The position numbers and the translations under genes were made by a program. Below, piece after piece: positions 1 through 18,042 of a stretch of 18,042 bases of DNA. Position 1 is the first letter of the stretch, and each line of letters begins with the position of its first letter. The stretch is from Tubiluchus corallicola (Eukaryota > Animalia > Priapulida). The stretch spans positions 1-18,042 of the forward strand of contig JAQGDQ010002007.1 of NCBI GenBank assembly GCA_030141605.1, read 5' to 3'. The notes under the pieces are model-generated. The model did no database searches, was not told the origin of the DNA, and saw only the letters and a list, made by a program, of their open reading frames with translations.

Positions 1-1978
1 TGCTGTATTTAGTGTTGGTCCACAAGAAGGCACGAATACGCTAGAGTTCGAGGTTTACATACAGGTATGAACAAACACTGCTGTATTTAGTGTTGGTCCA
101 CAAGAAGGCACGAATACGCTAGAGTTCGAGGTTTACATACAGGTATGAACAAACACTGCTGTATTTAGTGTTGGTCCACAAGAAGGCACGAATACGCTAG
201 AGTTCGAGGTTTACATACAGGTATGAACAAACACTGCTGTATTTAGTGTTGGTCCACAAGAAGGCACGAATACGCTAGAGTTCGAGGTTTACATACAGGT
301 ATGAACAAACACTGCTGTATTTAGTGTTGGTCCACAAGAAGGCACGAATACGCTAGAGTTCGAGGTTTACATACAGGTATGAACAAACACTGCTGTATTT
401 AGTGTTGGTCCACAAGAAGGCACGAATACGCTAGAGTTCGAGGTTTACATACAGGTATGAACAAACACTGCTGTATTTAGTGTTGGTCCACAAGAAGGCA
501 CGAATACGCTAGAGTTCGAGGTTTACATACAGGTATGAACAAACGCTGCTGTATTTAGTGTTGGTCCACAAGAAGGCACGAATACGCTAGAGTTCGAGGT
601 TTACATACAGGTATGAACAAACACTGCTGTATTTAGTGTTGGTCCACAAGAAGGCACGAATACGCTAGAGTTCGAGGTTTACATACAGGTATGAACAAAC
701 GCTGCTGTATTTAGTGTTGGTCCACAAGAAGGCACGAATACGCTAGAGTTCGAGGTTTACATACAGGTATGAACAAACGCTGCTGTATTTAGTGTTGGTC
801 CACAAGAAGGCACGAATACGCTAGAGTTCGAGGTTTACATACAGGTATGAACAAACACTGCTGTATTTAGTGTTGGTCCACAAGAAGGCACGAATACGCT
901 AGAGTTCGAGGTTTACATACAGGTATGAACAAACACTGCTGTATTTAGTGTTGGTCCACAAGAAGGCACGAATACGCTAGAGTTCGAGGTTTACATACAG
1001 GTATGAACAAACACTGCTGTATTTAGTGTTGGTCCACAAGAAGGCACGAATACGCTAGAGTTCGAGGTTTACATACAGGTATGAACAAACACTGCTGTAT
1101 TTAGTGTTGGTCCACAAGAAGGCACGAATACGCTAGAGTTCGAGGTTTACATACAGGTATGAACAAACGCTGCTGTATTTAGTGTTGGTCCACAAGAAGG
1201 CACGAATACGCTAGAGTTCGAGGTTTACATACAGGTATGAACAAACACTGCTGTATTTAGTGTTGGTCCACAAGAAGGCACGAATACGCTAGAGTTCGAG
1301 GTTTACATACAGGTATGAACAAACACTGCTGTATTTAGTGTTGGTCCACAAGAAGGCATGAATACGCTAGAGTTCGAGGTTTACATACAGGTATGAACAA
1401 ACACTGCTGTATTTAGTGTTGGTCCACAAGAAGGCACGAATACGCTAGAGTTCGAGGTTTACATACAGGTATGAACAAACGCTGCTGTATTTAGTGTTGG
1501 TCCACAAGAAGGCACGAATACGCTAGAGTTCGAGGTTTACATACAGGTATGAACAAACACTGCTGTATTTAGTGTTGGTCCACAAGAAGGCACGAATACG
1601 CTAGAGTTCGAGGTTTACATACAGGTATGAACAAACACTGCTGTATTTAGTGTTGGTCCACAAGAAGGCACGAATACGCTAGAGTTCGAGGTTTACATAC
1701 AGGTATGAACAAACACTGCTGTATTTAGTGTTGGTCCACAAGAAGGCACGAATACGCTAGAGTTCGAGGTTTACATACAGGTATGAACAAACGCTGCTGT
1801 ATTTAGTGTTGGTCCACAAGAAGGCACGAATACGCTAGAGTTCGAGGTTTACATACAGGTATGAACAAACACTGCTGTATTTAGTGTTGGTCCACAAGAA
1901 GGCACGAATACGCTAGAGTTCGAGGTTTACATACAGGTATGAACAAACGCTGCTGTATTTTGTGTTGGTCCACAAGAA
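1..1978 (+). repeat. 78-bp tandem minisatellite, 25 full units plus a 28-bp partial unit, continuing off the 5' edge
   Basis: Unit tgctgtatttagtgttggtccacaagaaggcacgaatacgctagagttcgaggtttacatacaggtatgaacaaac(a/g)c, exact period 78 (25x78=1950). Variants: a>g at unit position 77 in units 7,9,10,15,19,23,25; c>t at 1359; ttag>tttg in the final partial unit. Confidence 0.99.
1885..1936 (+). CDS. Coding exon segment VGPQEGTNTLEFEVYIQ present in every 78-bp unit (last copy shown; first copy 13..64; which copy is used is unknown)
   Basis: tttag|T GTT GGT...ATA CAG|gtatga. The phase-0 donor matches the phase-0 exon at 2549. NTLEFEVYIQ|AL aligns with NEVNIRFAGR|VL of the next domain, with the intron at the same position. 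Confidence 0.65.
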
Positions 1979-2548
1979 AGTTCTGTGTTACTTCGTGATG
2001 TATATGTACATTTATTAGCATATCTGTAAGACATTGTTGCATGGCCGAATTTAATATTATATATATATATATATGTACGGGAGCATCAAACAAGAAATTC
2101 CTGCTTCCGCCCTCCCCTAACATGTTGTCCAAATGTTTCACGCATAAGTGCGAGGGTGTGGCAACCCCTCAAAGGCATATTGTGTTTCTATGTTTTGTGT
2201 TTAGCCACATACGTGTTCACTTCAAATACTAAATTTTTTAATAAATACAAAACATTAATAATTCGCCGGTTTCGAAGTTTAGTCTTTTATTTAGCTACTA
2301 AAGGATTATTGAAGCATTTGACCAGCATTTTGAAGCATTTTAAACGTGGCTTAGCGTCTTCCCGTTGTTTGGTCTAGTAGTTAATTTTCATGACGTGAAA
2401 TTCGAACTCAGGCATCTCGTCCAGCTATGGCTCTGTCTCAAACCGCACAGGATTCATTATAACAACCCTGGTGGCGATGATCTGACGGCAGAATAATAGT
2501 TTGTTTCAGAATTCAACTCATTAATATTGTTTATTTTTATTTTTCTAG

Positions 2549-17282
<14,734 letters not shown>

Positions 17283-17648
17283 GTAAGTACACAAAAGGAA
17301 ACAAGGCTGATTGCATTACAGTTTATACATTTTCGTCATTTTTTATTCACTTTGCAAAACACTTGAGAATAGTCGTCATAGTAATTTTCATTATTAAACT
17401 TGTCAAACAAGGATGGCATTAAAAAGCTGAACAACAATGAATGCATATATTGTTAGCAAGACCCGCAAAGATACTTTATTGGATACCAGAGTGGTCTAGA
17501 TTTTGGACTGCACCTACGCAGTCTTGAGTTCACGTTTGGCACCTGCCGATGCATTCTTGTTATTCATTATTTGCGTGTTGCTTCCTAACTTGCATTGTTA
17601 AAAGTGTCAGCTTATAAATAGTCGTTATTGGTAACGATTTCTATTTAA

Positions 17649-18042
17649 CCCTTTCATACCCGTTGTATCCCGTGGAATACGAGAATATTTTCTTCCTTTA
17701 AAATTAATGAAATTTTAAAACTCACAGTTATTTGATCTGTTAATAGTTATTTTGATTTAAGCCAATAACAATAGGCTAAAATGGTGATTAAATGGCAAAT
17801 TAAAAAATCTACGTAGCACAAAAAGTGCGCAAGGTACAGTACTTTAGAGATGACTTTGTACAGATCAGCATGGCATGCATACTAAATGTCTTAAATACTT
17901 TAAAAAATTATCAGCAATTGCAAAATGAAGCACATTTTATGCTTCCATTGAATCCCAATGTATCCCGTGGGATACAGGCTATATTTAGCACGCGGGCACA
18001 GGTAGAAAAAAATAATTATTATGTGTAAACAACAAGGACATA
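17649..18042 (-). mobile_element. piggyBac-like MITE, copy 2, inverted relative to copy 1 and running off the window end
   Basis: ttaa|ccctttcatacccgttgtatcccgtgg... is the reverse complement of ~8504-8899, roughly 90% identical by eye. Confidence 0.85.

Noticed and set aside
1-1950. Continuous 26-aa repeat protein (78 is divisible by 3)
   Set aside because: The exon frame stops at GTA TGA in every unit, and the ORF track shows no long ORF across the array.
1-1978. CRISPR array
   Set aside because: Units are identical end to end with no unique spacers, there are no cas genes, and the context is eukaryotic exon-intron sequence.
2365-2415. Degenerate Pol III A/B boxes (tggtctagtag ... ttcgaactc); similar at ~17490-17535
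   Set aside because: Spacing is short or the matches are poor, and no SINE body follows.
17825-18028. 67-aa ORF as a further exon
   Set aside because: Lies inside MITE copy 2.

Overview
AT-rich eukaryotic (probably invertebrate animal) genomic DNA with no prokaryotic features. The window lies inside one large + strand intron-rich gene. Fourteen exons between 2549 and 17282 splice with consistent intron phases into an uninterrupted frame of 2152 nt (~717 aa). The protein consists of tandem, diverged ~170-180 aa domains (C..GxNxPC, NTG motifs) with many N-glycosylation sequons, so it is probably extracellular; start and stop codons lie outside the window. Two near-perfect minisatellites are built from this gene's own splice junctions. 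At 1-1978, at least 25 copies of a 78-bp unit carry a coding exon segment and its donor. At 5081-5482, 12 copies of a 34-bp unit carry a complete 3' splice site, of which only the last is productive. The introns also hold a GC-AG donor, two inverted copies of a piggyBac-like MITE, a tRNA-derived SINE, a LINE 3' remnant, a purine-rich 92-bp minisatellite and microsatellites.
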